Positions 29,231-38,762 of a stretch of 39,438 nucleotides of DNA are shown piece after piece. Source of the DNA: an uncultured archaeon (GTDB lineage: Archaea > Asgardarchaeota > Thorarchaeia > Thorarchaeales > Thorarchaeaceae); NCBI GenBank assembly GCA_964558645.1, contig CAZLEV010000025.1, positions 1-39,438 of the forward strand. Reading direction: 5' to 3'. Below the pieces are notes generated by a model, which was given only the letters and a program-made list of their open reading frames with translations, was not told where the DNA came from and searched no databases. The position numbers and the translations under genes were made by a program. Numbering within the stretch: position 1 is the stretch's first letter; each line of letters opens with the position of its first letter.

Positions 29231-30456
29231 TTCTTGCCCTCCGACTCTTCATCGGGATGAAAACAAAGCAGAGAGTCGGCGGTATGGCTCGATGGATACC
29301 ACTTCAAGAAACAGCTTCCCCGTTGCAGCATTCGATCCCTGCACATACTCTCCTATCTCCGCCGAACACGGTTCCCCACTCACTGCGAGAAATGCGTCCC
29401 CTCGGTACCACAAGCGTCTCTCCAGACACCTATGTGACCGATGAGCATTGACTGCACGGGGGAAACCGTGAAGAATCTGCACCGTTCATTGTAAGTTGGA
29501 CAATCTTGGTCACAGGAGCGTTGCCCTCCCAGAGACGGCAATGACTTGAGCTCCTTGAGGTCTTGCGATGACCTCGGATGAGCGTTCAGGAACAGAGGAT
29601 TTAAGCACCGCACTGATGCCCTCTCATTGTCCTGACTGTCATCTACTATGTGTCCAACTCTGTCCAAGTATGGTGTAGCTGTTGGTGTGCCCTGGTACGG
29701 CCGCGGTGCACCGGCGTTCGTTCCTTCGCTTCTTGGTAACAAGTGAACAACCATGGCCAGGTCACACCCCGTTGTCAGCGGCATCCCTCCAACAATGAAG
29801 GCCCATACGCCAAGTCATCCATCTGCAGTTCGCCATCCCAACACCTACACTGGTGTACGGTATGACAACGGCGGAGATTAGATAAGATATTCGTCGCCAC
29901 CCACCGAGGAGTATTAAGCCGCCTTTGGACGTATTGAGCGTTATAATGATATTGTGGTGACTGTTAGGCATTATCAGACCTGTAAGATGCTGGCAAATGG
30001 TTATCAGAGCGTATTCAACTGGCCTATTGGACAAATGTATACACGAGAGAATGCCAGTTACACCAAGATTCGAAAATTCGCTGTGTTATATCCTTCTGCT
30101 TATGTCTTGATGAACCAACTTGGTACAGACTCCGTGGCATGACTGAACGCATCTCAGCAGTGCGATCTTCTCTGCAGATATCTCTCCACAACGACTAACA
30201 GGGGGTTAGAACCTGCATAAACTCCACGATGGTACTTCGAGATCAGAAGGGCCACATTGATTCAGTGTCCTTAACAAGAAGTGCGAAAGTGACGACAGAG
30301 CAAGAACCTATAATGCTGGAGTTTCCTTCTACTGCTCAAATGCGTATGTCTCAGGAATCTTGCCGGATGAAAATCGTCACTCCTTATCCAAGATAGGCTG
30401 CACTATTGTTGTACTGCACAATCTTTCGACTGCGATGAGGGGTGCGGCATAGAACG

Positions 30457-30463
30457 CTTAATA
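30457..30463 (+). promoter_or_regulatory. Putative archaeal TATA box (CTTAATA) with purine-rich BRE-like upstream bases
   Basis: AGAACG-CTTAATA lies 26 nt before GTG 30490. The same heptamer occurs on the minus strand at 29912-29918 and 37753-37759. Confidence 0.45.
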
Positions 30464-30489
30464 GGTGGGTGAGGAGTGTTTAGTGGTGG

Positions 30490-31071
30490 GTGATTGGAGT
30501 GACCAGATCTTCAGACCTTTTCAGGATGAGTCTTGCGGTGATGATTGTCGGGGCGGTTATCGCAGTCTTATTCTATTTTGCAGATGTTGGAGTAGGGGCC
30601 GAACTCATCAGACAGTATCCACAGGCTCTTGAGTACTATCCTGCCTTCATTGCCACTGCAATGGGCGTTCTTCTTGCTCTCCTACTCGAAGAAGCATTGA
30701 GCCTATCAAAGCAAGAGAAGCGGATAGAAGGGATGAAAGACATACTCAAAAAGGAAATTGAGAGGATGCATGCACTTGTTGCACAACGGAAGGGGAACTA
30801 CTTGAACACACAAGTCTGGGACTCCCTAGTTAACTCGGGGGACGTATCATCTCTTCAAACCGACTTGTTGGGCGACTTGTTCGAGGTCTATGAGAAGGCC
30901 AAATCGCTTAACATCGAAACTTCTAGACTAAGGGACGCAGCCGAAGCACATCGCAGAATGCCTTCTGAGGATACCAAAGCAGCTCATACACAGCTATCAA
31001 TCCAGATAGATGAGAAGGAACTTCAGTTACAGAACGCTATCGGTAAGTTTCTCAAATCCAAGAAGCTCTGA
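30490..31071 (+). CDS. Hypothetical membrane protein, 2 N-terminal TM helices plus helical/coiled-coil domain
   Basis: 193-aa ORF with two hydrophobic stretches, then a charged helical region. A TATA-like box lies upstream. The start could be GTG 30499. Confidence 0.8.
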   Translation: MIGVTRSSDLFRMSLAVMIVGAVIAVLFYFADVGVGAELIRQYPQALEYYPAFIATAMGVLLALLLEEALSLSKQEKRIEGMKDILKKEIERMHALVAQRKGNYLNTQVWDSLVNSGDVSSLQTDLLGDLFEVYEKAKSLNIETSRLRDAAEAHRRMPSEDTKAAHTQLSIQIDEKELQLQNAIGKFLKSKKL

Positions 31072-31107
31072 GAGTCCCCAAGACCTGATAGGGCTACCAA
31101 GATTTCA

Positions 31108-32409
31108 TCATCTCTGACGAGACCAGACGTACAGTTTGTAGACAATAGCAATAATCACAAAAGATATCACAACAAGGGAAGACAGTCCAAACCAAATGTC
31201 GGGTTTGTTTGGCTCTGGCCCGTTTCCGCCGGAAGGAGTCGTCGATGTGCTTGTGGATTCACTTTCTTCTGTAGTCGTCGTTTGATGGTCTTCTGCAGAT
31301 ATGTCAAGTATGAAGCATTCAAATAAGGTTCCAAAATACAGTAGCTCAGGCTGGGATCGTACTGTGCCAAATGAATAGACTGAGAACCCATCCCACTGGG
31401 CCTCCTCCTGCGAATAGAATCGTTCAGTGTCATTGCTCAGAAAGAACACGTACACCCCGTTGGGAGAGCCTGCGTACAATCGATTGAAGTAGAGGTCGTA
31501 TTCGATTGCATAGATTGCATCCCATTCGTGGTCGGGAAGCAGAACTGCCCCAATGCTTGAGATATCGCCATCAACTATCTGATACGTTTCGATTCCACCG
31601 TACGTGCCAACGTAGATGGTGCTATTTGATGGCAAGTATGATAGGCATTGGACCTCCAGCGCAGTTGTTTGATGGGTCACTGTTATGTTGCTCCATTGTT
31701 CGCTGGCCTTCTCAAAGAAGAGCAACCCGTCCTTTCCACCAAGTATAATGCCTTCATTGGTGCCTTTCATGCAATCTAGATTCGCGAGGTTCCACATCGG
31801 AGACCCGTAGTCAAACGGCCAAGAAATAACAGACTCATTAATCAGCTGGGGTATGAACCGCTGATCCACCTCACAGAAGGCATGTTCGAGGTCAAGGGAA
31901 TAGACACCATTGGTGGGATCATAGATGTATAAGAACTGACCCGAGGGCGACAGGGCAATGCTATGAGGGTTGAACCCGATTCCCTTTTTGGCATCTACAG
32001 GTAGCTCAAGGTCCTGCCTTCTTTCACCCCACGAATAGAGAACGGATAGTCCTTGGTCCGAAGCGACATAGGCCAGCACGCCGTTTCGGGTTCTGTCTCG
32101 GTCGAAATCTGTTTCAATGTCACGAATATAGAGGCCGGAGAACTCAGAAATCCATGATAGGGTTGAGTCGCTCTGAACCTCAACTATTCCGTCAGTCGCG
32201 GCAACAAGGAAAGTTCCCAAGAATGTGACTTCGATGTCATCGGAGAATGCACCGAAGTCGTAGATCTCCTCAAAGCGTCCCGTATCATCGGTCCGTGCGA
32301 ATTCCTCAGCACCGATGTGCGACAGTGAGATGGGACACCCTAGAATGAACAAGCAGAGTATGACAGAGATTGCGATTCTCTTTCTTGAGCGCCTTCCAAC
32401 TCGTTTCAT
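31108..32409 (-). CDS. Secreted, C-terminally anchored beta-propeller protein
   Basis: Likely start MKRVGRRSRKRIAISVILCLFILG (ATG 32409, AGGTG upstream). Blade-like motifs (LAYVASDQGLSVL, IYVGTYGGIETY, LYAGSPNGVYVF, LYFGT), a T/S/E-rich linker, a C-terminal TM helix and a basic tail. Confidence 0.85.
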   Translation of the reverse strand: MKRVGRRSRKRIAISVILCLFILGCPISLSHIGAEEFARTDDTGRFEEIYDFGAFSDDIEVTFLGTFLVAATDGIVEVQSDSTLSWISEFSGLYIRDIETDFDRDRTRNGVLAYVASDQGLSVLYSWGERRQDLELPVDAKKGIGFNPHSIALSPSGQFLYIYDPTNGVYSLDLEHAFCEVDQRFIPQLINESVISWPFDYGSPMWNLANLDCMKGTNEGIILGGKDGLLFFEKASEQWSNITVTHQTTALEVQCLSYLPSNSTIYVGTYGGIETYQIVDGDISSIGAVLLPDHEWDAIYAIEYDLYFNRLYAGSPNGVYVFFLSNDTERFYSQEEAQWDGFSVYSFGTVRSQPELLYFGTLFECFILDISAEDHQTTTTEESESTSTSTTPSGGNGPEPNKPDIWFGLSSLVVISFVIIAIVYKLYVWSRQR

Positions 32410-32854
32410 GCCATCAACACCTGAGCGATGAAAGTATATGCTCTGTATAGAAGTGGTTACTATGAATGACATCCGTAGTATTTCCGCCAGCCACTATTCT
32501 CAATGGACATTCAGCCCGTGTATTGATATTCTTTTCCTGTGCTGGTGGTGTTGGCCGAGTCCAAGTAGGATGGTGTAATCCGTCATGTAGTGGAACCCCT
32601 ATAATGATCCTTTCTTAGCCGGTTCCGCCGTCCAGAGCATTCTACCCCCTCTCACAGGAGTTCTGAAGTAATCAAAGAGCATTAACTACATGAACTACGT
32701 GGTGAATCGGGATGAGTGGCGCAGCTGAAACAGTAATTAGGCCCAGTCTGGATGAGATTCGGAACGGCAATTCCAGTTGCAGTTCCTCGCATCTCAGCGT
32801 CTGAAGCAAGGCTTAAGTGGCCCCTTGCCACATCTCTCGCAGGCTCTGCTAGTG

Positions 32855-34024
32855 ATGGGAGATGGCTTTAGGTTGAGTGTAATCGATGGCTACGATAACT
32901 CACTTCGTCAGATAGTCGACGAAGATGAACTTAAGAAGTACGATGGAAGAGTAGAACTAGTCGCCAGATTGTTCTTCTTCATTCTCACTGTAGCTGTCTT
33001 TGGTGCCGCCTATATTTTATATTTTGATATCGATTTGGGATTTAGCCCCATTCTGTTTTTCGCTTCAAGCCTTTTTGAAATTGCAGTGGCATTCTTTCTC
33101 GGCCTGTGGTACAAGCACGCCGCAAATGAGAACGATATCGAACGCAGATTCCAGATTGTTGTTCTGGCCCTTCTCTGTCTACTATATGGCGGCCCCATGA
33201 TGGTCTTACTTATTGTTCAGCTAGTTTCTTTGAATGCCTTTTCATCACTCGGTGTCGTCGCCAGTGTCAGCATCGTGCTAGTTCTGTGGTTCGTTGCTTT
33301 GACCGGCTGGGGTGTGCTTCTCGACCGGCTGACAGTATCTTGGGTGTCCAGTAGATTCAAGGCCGTTCTTAATGAATGTGCTAAGCCTTTCCATAAGGCC
33401 ATTGCTCTTTCTATGACAGAAAGCCCCTCCAGAACGAGGACTTTAGCCTTGTCCGTATGTATGTTCTTTGCATCATTCGTCTGGGCATTATTGGACATTA
33501 GCACGTTGCCGATACTGGTCATCGATATGGTATTCATAGCAGTTTTCTATTTCTTGAAAAGGCAACCAAATTACATGAGATACTACAATGGCGTTCTTGA
33601 TATAATAGATATGGCAACATTCTGCCTTAGGACCTCAGAAGAAATGTGCAGTTTCGGTATACACGAATATGATGTCTTACTGAATCGCAGACGGTTCAAG
33701 AACCACGTATCTCTTTTCACGATTGAAATCTATCCAGACAACTATGAACCACTCATGCTCATCTATTCCTCGCGCGAGAATGTGGACTATGACAAAATTA
33801 CATCACACTTCAATGAACAGTGGAGAGATGATTTTGCGGTGATGTTCCGAGGTAACTATGAGTGCCCCTTTAGGTCTTTCCAAGGAAGAGTGATTGTTGA
33901 TAGCACTGTTCGGGACGCAGAGAAGCTTCTCTGGCGGGGAGGTGACTCCAGAGTTGCAGTTGTTGTAGAAGGCAGCAAACTGCGCGACATACACAGTCTT
34001 GTTGTAGGTGACTTCACTTCTTAG
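32855..34024 (+). CDS. Polytopic membrane protein (~6 TM) with soluble C-terminal domain
   Basis: Long AT-richer ORF with multiple hydrophobic segments. ATG 32855 is preferred over TTG 32777 because a CTTAAG TATA-like element lies at ~32812. Confidence 0.8.
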   Translation: MGDGFRLSVIDGYDNSLRQIVDEDELKKYDGRVELVARLFFFILTVAVFGAAYILYFDIDLGFSPILFFASSLFEIAVAFFLGLWYKHAANENDIERRFQIVVLALLCLLYGGPMMVLLIVQLVSLNAFSSLGVVASVSIVLVLWFVALTGWGVLLDRLTVSWVSSRFKAVLNECAKPFHKAIALSMTESPSRTRTLALSVCMFFASFVWALLDISTLPILVIDMVFIAVFYFLKRQPNYMRYYNGVLDIIDMATFCLRTSEEMCSFGIHEYDVLLNRRRFKNHVSLFTIEIYPDNYEPLMLIYSSRENVDYDKITSHFNEQWRDDFAVMFRGNYECPFRSFQGRVIVDSTVRDAEKLLWRGGDSRVAVVVEGSKLRDIHSLVVGDFTS

Positions 34025-34149
34025 TCTGAGTACATGAATCATCAATTCTCTGGCTGTTCTTCATCTTTCCGGTTCAGGTTCAAGTGAGTAGAGAATGAGC
34101 AAGACCCCGATACAACATCGCTCCCGACTCCACCAACTTCCTGATTACA

Positions 34150-34291
34150 CTAGAGAATGGGAAAAGATCTCTCAAGGGCATGCAGTGGGGGCTCATACCA
34201 GTGGACATAGAACAGGGCGAAGATCTACTCGTTGACTGAGAAGGGAAGAGTGGCTATAACGTACCTTCACGACATAGTTTCCGAAACTTAG
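34150..34291 (+). pseudogene. Frameshifted relic, probably of a winged-helix regulator
   Basis: One frame gives ENGKRSLKGMQWGLIP. An adjacent frame gives NRAKIYSLTEKGRVAITYLHDIVSET*, where YSLTEKG is the typical wing end of PadR/MarR/ArsR-type wHTH proteins. Confidence 0.35.
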
Positions 34292-34417
34292 CCACAGGCC
34301 GCCATATCTGCCAAATACCTTGGACTTCAAGAGGGGCCTTCCTTTCGAGCGCTTCGTTCTAGGGCACATAGAAAACCTAGTATGTCAAATGTCCAAAGTA
34401 CGGGCTATGTGAGAGTA

Positions 34418-35488
34418 TCATCGCCTCAAAGAGAGGCCCGCAGCAGTACAAGCCGCTAGTACCCCGACAAAAAGAATCACCCATCCGAGTTGTCCCTGTG
34501 GGTCATATGGAGGATAACGCCATACGAGAAACGAAGCTGCAATCTCGGCTATTACCATTATGCCCAAGAATATAGCGGCCTTGTCGAATCTTTCTTGCTT
34601 CCTTGCATGCAATGCCTCTCTATCAAAGCTAAGCCGCGTTTGAACTGTCTTCTCTAGGCCATCTAGACGTTGGTCGAGGACTCGTAGGAGCTGTTCAACC
34701 GTATCTTTATTCAGATTGGTATCATGGTAGTCTGTGTATGCGTCAATAGTCCTTTCATGTATGACAAAGTCTCGCAATAGTAGCTGTGTACTTCTGACAA
34801 GTGATAGTTGCCCCCATGATTCAAGATGCTTTTCTACGCGCTCTTCAAGATAGAGATTTGAATCAATCAACTCGTCAGGCAGAGACTCCAATATCCTTGT
34901 GCACTCACTTCCAGCCCACGCAAGCGAGCCTCGAACAATACGCATCCTGTTGATTTGCAGAGTATAATCTCGTTGTGTCTCTGAGTCAGGAATGACGTTC
35001 TATGCACGTTTGGGACCCCCATTCGGCCTGGTGAAAGAACCCGGTATGGTGATTTTGCCAATGTCATCCCTCCTAATAAGCCATAGATATACCGGTGCTG
35101 CTTCGGAGCCGGAATATGCAAAATGGGAAAAGGGGACTTGTTCTATCGGGTTTCTAAGACGGAGCTCCATCACCCCATACTGCGTGATTTGAGCAAATGG
35201 GTAGTTGTGCGTTGCGGCAAAGATCCCTTGAGAAGCCAGCTCCTCATTGACAAGTTGAGAGAAGCGATGGAAATCGTCAACAACAAGGAATGCATATGCT
35301 GTTGGATACGTTGAGTTATCAATGATTGGCCCGGATATTGAGGGTATTGATTTCAAGGACGACCAATCAATCTCATCCTTGACTATCTCACCAATAGATT
35401 CACCTAGAGATTCGAACTGGCTGAAGATATCAAGGATGACTGCCGCGCTTTGCAGGATTTGTTCAAAAGAGCTCGCAAGGCCATGCAT
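34418..35488 (-). pseudogene. CorA-like-architecture membrane protein interrupted by one in-frame TAG
   Basis: Track ORFs 35000..35623 and 34418..34945 share a frame and are joined by ...GGPKRA*(TAG 35000-35002)NVIPDSETQRDYTLQINRMRIV... The C-terminus is long helices plus two TM helices. No GMN motif. Confidence 0.6.
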
Positions 35489-35505
35489 GGATTGGAGGGA
35501 TGAAC

Positions 35506-36357
35506 ATGGCAGAAGATGACGGAGATGGATATGAAGAGTGGAAGAAGAACCCGGACTTGGCGGAGATATTCCACAATCTGGACGAGGCTTTCCGTCCTTT
35601 CTTTGACGGGATCGAGCTGGCAAAGCTAGGGAATCTTTACGCTGCTGAGATGCAGTTCAGAGAGGCAGTGCGAAGGCATCCAGATGGAGCTGGCTATTTT
35701 AGTCTCGCCCAGGCATTGGATCTCCAGGCAAAAAGTGCTTACGAAAAGGCAATCAAACTCATTCAGAAGCAGCTTGATGAAATAGCCGACGAAATCTATG
35801 ATGGAGAACTCCCGGATGAGTACTTTCAGGTTCCTGAACAAGTCCAGGAATTGCATACCTTGGCATTATCCAAGTTCCGGATATTCCACATTAGTGAGGC
35901 CTACCAGACCTTTCGACGAATACTATCGCTCGACAATGAGGATGTCAAGGCGTGGTCGGGGCTGATGAGATGCCTACTAATTGGTGGTCACTACCAGAAA
36001 GCAGAGAGAGTCCGGAGGATTATGGCAGGTTTCAACCGTGAGATAGAGGGAAAGATTTCGGTGGGAAAACTGGTGGCCACAATGACAATGGCAGAACTCC
36101 CATCTTCAAAGCAGCTCTTGACCATGCAACCCTACAACCTGATGGTGAGATGGTCAGGCACTGCGCAGGAGTTCATAGGACGAATCATGAGGACTTATCA
36201 AGAGATAGAAGGTGGTGCCGTGGAAAAGAAGACCATCATCGAACATGCGGTATTCAGGGGGATGCCGAAGAAACTCGCAGAGTCCACGCTAAAACGGATG
36301 ATCAAAGATGGCCTGGCATTTGTCCCAAAGAGGGGTTTCGTTAAAATGACGTCGTGA
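35506..36357 (+). CDS. TPR-repeat protein with C-terminal MCM-type winged-helix domain
   Basis: GGAGG at 35494-35498 precedes ATG 35506. TPR-like segments: AEMQFREAVRRHPDGAGYFSLAQAL and AYQTFRRILSLDNEDVKAWSGLMRCL. The tail GAVEKKTIIEHAVFRGMPKKLAESTLKRMIKDGLAFVPKRGFVK resembles the archaeal MCM C-terminal WH. Confidence 0.8.
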   Translation: MAEDDGDGYEEWKKNPDLAEIFHNLDEAFRPFFDGIELAKLGNLYAAEMQFREAVRRHPDGAGYFSLAQALDLQAKSAYEKAIKLIQKQLDEIADEIYDGELPDEYFQVPEQVQELHTLALSKFRIFHISEAYQTFRRILSLDNEDVKAWSGLMRCLLIGGHYQKAERVRRIMAGFNREIEGKISVGKLVATMTMAELPSSKQLLTMQPYNLMVRWSGTAQEFIGRIMRTYQEIEGGAVEKKTIIEHAVFRGMPKKLAESTLKRMIKDGLAFVPKRGFVKMTS

Positions 36358-36583
36358 GATGCGATTCGGATATCAGAAATCGCTCTACTCCTGATCCCGT
36401 ACGTATCTGAGCTCCTTGGTGATCCAAGCCTGTGCGGTCTTCTTGCAGTCTGCGCTCTGGATCTGATGGCTTCCACTCCAGGCTCGCGGTTTGCTTCTCT
36501 TTTTGATATCTCGAGCCTGCACGTAAATGTGGTCACCCATGATGGAGTCACCGGCATGAACTAGCGTTGTTGGCTCATCGGAT

Positions 36584-37093
36584 TCATTCTGGCTCCCGGT
36601 CAATCTCTTCAAGCACCCCCTTCTTCATCAGCATCGTTGTGATCTTCATCACTTGGGCGAATGGTAGTCTGAGGTCCTCAGCCACGTCCTGAGGCCACGC
36701 CCGTCCATGTTCTTTCATGTACTCTTCTATCAGCTGTGTTGCCTCTTCATCAGACACTTCTCTGAGCTCGATGGCATCCTTATCATCCTCGATGCCGAGA
36801 TGCTCCTGTACTCGCCTCAACATTCTAGCCATCCTATCCTGTCCATCTTTAATCTCATCAAGCTTCGCATCTGTGCTATGGGCCACACTCAGAAACTCTT
36901 CCATGTCGCGTTTCAGATCCACAGTGCTGTACTCAAATCTCTCGAACTGCACAGATGTCTTGTCGCTAGAGATTATCTCCCAGTCGGAATAGTATTGCCA
37001 GTCGCTTGACTTGGTATAGGGGTACGATAGAGAAACGCTATCTGAACCGGAATACTCGGCCTCCCCAATCTTGACCCTATGTGAACGAGCCAT
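36584..37093 (-). CDS. Coiled-coil plus C-terminal winged-helix protein
   Basis: ATG lies 1 nt after the upstream stop. IELREVSDEEATQLIEEYMKEHGRAWPQDVAEDLRLPFAQVMKITTMLMKKGVLE is a wHTH pattern. Confidence 0.8.
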   Translation of the reverse strand: MARSHRVKIGEAEYSGSDSVSLSYPYTKSSDWQYYSDWEIISSDKTSVQFERFEYSTVDLKRDMEEFLSVAHSTDAKLDEIKDGQDRMARMLRRVQEHLGIEDDKDAIELREVSDEEATQLIEEYMKEHGRAWPQDVAEDLRLPFAQVMKITTMLMKKGVLEEIDREPE

Positions 37094-37094
37094 G

Positions 37095-37442
37095 CTATTC
37101 CTCACGCTCTTGATCCCTGATCATTTCTGCAGTAGTCTTCGCCAGATCCCGGTACGTCTGCATGGGCAATGAGATGGAAGCCACAAACCGCCGCCTGACT
37201 CTTCGCGGGCCGTCATAGGCCTTCTCCACGATGACTTTTCTGTTCCCTTTCTTGCCCTCTCTGAGCTCCTCTTTTGCGACATCATCGATGGGCTCGTCGA
37301 CGAAGAGGTTCATCTTCACCTGATAAGGTCCCAGGACCAGGAATCGTGCCCCGGTTGCAAAGAACTCCGGGATTTCCTCAGGATAATCATACTCGATGAT
37401 GGCAACAGTCTCTTCGTCCTTGCCCTTTTTGTTCGACACCAT
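37095..37442 (-). CDS. DUF3467-like protein
   Basis: PEFFATGA...VKMNLF...RRFVASISLPMQTYRDLAKTTAEMI fits the DUF3467 pattern. GGTGAGG SD at 37444-37450 and a CTTATTA TATA-like box at 37475-37481. Confidence 0.7.
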   Translation of the reverse strand: MVSNKKGKDEETVAIIEYDYPEEIPEFFATGARFLVLGPYQVKMNLFVDEPIDDVAKEELREGKKGNRKVIVEKAYDGPRRVRRRFVASISLPMQTYRDLAKTTAEMIRDQEREE

Positions 37443-37495
37443 TCCTCACCACAGCTTGAAGGAGCGGTACAGGATAATAAGGATATCGAGTACGG

Positions 37496-37732
37496 CTATA
37501 TTGTACTCCTGGGGGCCAGCCACGTGTGCAACCTGACATCGGCCGCCTCGTTCAACTCGTGCTCCAGGGCTCGCTTCACGTCGATGGCCAGCAGATTCGG
37601 ATCATCGTCACCTCTGCACTGCCGCCGGGTGATCATCTCGAGCACTGCATTCAATGCATCTATTCTGGCCTGCCGAGCAATCTCTAGTGCCAGTCCGATG
37701 TCCAACCTGTCGTTCAATACCATGAATGCCAT
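37496..37732 (-). CDS. Small helical hypothetical protein
   Basis: The protein-like part of track ORF 37496..37879 begins at ATG 37732 or 37723, just downstream of CTTAATA at 37753-37759. Confidence 0.5.
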   Translation of the reverse strand: MAFMVLNDRLDIGLALEIARQARIDALNAVLEMITRRQCRGDDDPNLLAIDVKRALEHELNEAADVRLHTWLAPRSTI

Positions 37733-38382
37733 CAGGTCGTTGTGAGGGCCGCTATTAAGCACCACTTCCGGAGAGTGTGCTGTTCCCCGTTGTGGAACGT
37801 CAATTGCCTGCCAATGACTCAGTCTGTGTCGGGGGAGGAAAGCTGGTCTATGATCTCGTAGAACTCCGTCTCCGAGCACTGCGCGCGTAGACCTCGAAGG
37901 ACCCCTTTAAGAAGATGCAGAACCAGTTCAACCGTATTCTCCGTGAACTCCACTGTCAATTCACCATTGGAGTCGGTGCCATTTCTTGGCTGATTCTGGC
38001 TTCAGATGACTCTCAGCCCAGTCCCTCATCTCAAGACAATCAATGGTGCTCAGCAGATGGCCGTATCTGGGACCATGCTTCTCACAGAGAGTCAGGTCGT
38101 TGCCACAGACAGTCTCGGTTTCTGTGTTTTGCGATGTACATTCACGGTACTCGCATACATCTCCTCGCATCGCGATCCAGTCCAGTTTGCATTGAGAGTC
38201 TATTAAATGCAGCCCTCATTCTCTCGCATACACCTCTTCCCCTAGGGGACACGTTTCGAGTATCTCCCAGAAAGTCTCTAAGCGGCGTTGTGTTCTCTAT
38301 GTCCGGAGGAAATGTATCATCGCTTCGTGTCGTTCCAGAATCGCCACGTCAGACTTATCCTGACGTGGGTCTCATATTCGAC

Positions 38383-38580
38383 ATGAGCTCCAAATCGCGC
38401 GTTCGCGACCCTGATGAGTATCTTAAGGAACTTGTTTCTCGGATTCTTTCGTACCGGCTCATAGAAGAGATGTCTTGGCAAGAAGCAACAAACCTTGCAG
38501 CCCAAGAAACGCGAAAGATGATGGCAAAGGACCTCAAGAAGGATATCATCGATGGTCTTGTTGACATGCTCTTTGAATAG
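38383..38580 (+). CDS. Small helical hypothetical protein (65 aa)
   Basis: Only the 3' part of track ORF 37915..38580 (MSSKSRVRDPDEYLKELVSRIL...) looks like an amphipathic helical protein. The start is uncertain. Confidence 0.5.
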   Translation: MSSKSRVRDPDEYLKELVSRILSYRLIEEMSWQEATNLAAQETRKMMAKDLKKDIIDGLVDMLFE

Positions 38581-38762
38581 TCAATAAGAATGGTCCTGAA
38601 TGTAGAATTCCACTGGCCAATCGTGTTGCGGGTGGTAGTACAGTGAATTCCCTCGCTTTCAGCTCACTTATATCCGGCCCATGCATACACTACAGCTGCT
38701 CACGGGGCATGTACCGAAAAAGCTAAAAGCCTTTTTGAGTAAAATGTCGCGAGTTGCTGCCC

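Noticed and set aside
29660-29740. tRNA-like look (TGGTGTAG...GTTCG) and a similar GTCCAAGTA..TGGTGTA string at ~32550
   Set aside because: No consistent cloverleaf (acceptor, anticodon and T stems do not pair), and the match between the two sites is too short to call a repeat.
29249-30142. ORFs 29249..29482, 29380..29784, 29762..30034 and 29954..30142
   Set aside because: They overlap one another, show no recognisable motifs and have non-protein-like composition. The GGAGGG before ATG 29784 is too close to act as an SD.
35489-35623. N-terminal extension of track ORF 35000..35623
   Set aside because: It overlaps the TPR gene head-to-head and reads as antisense sequence.
36198-36612. ORFs 36198..36557 and 36385..36612 as a toxin gene
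   Set aside because: No RelE/HicA/PIN motif recognised, and they overlap neighbouring genes.
37915-38382. 5' two-thirds of the 221-aa ORF 37915..38580
   Set aside because: Composition is not protein-like. Only the final ~65 codons look coding.
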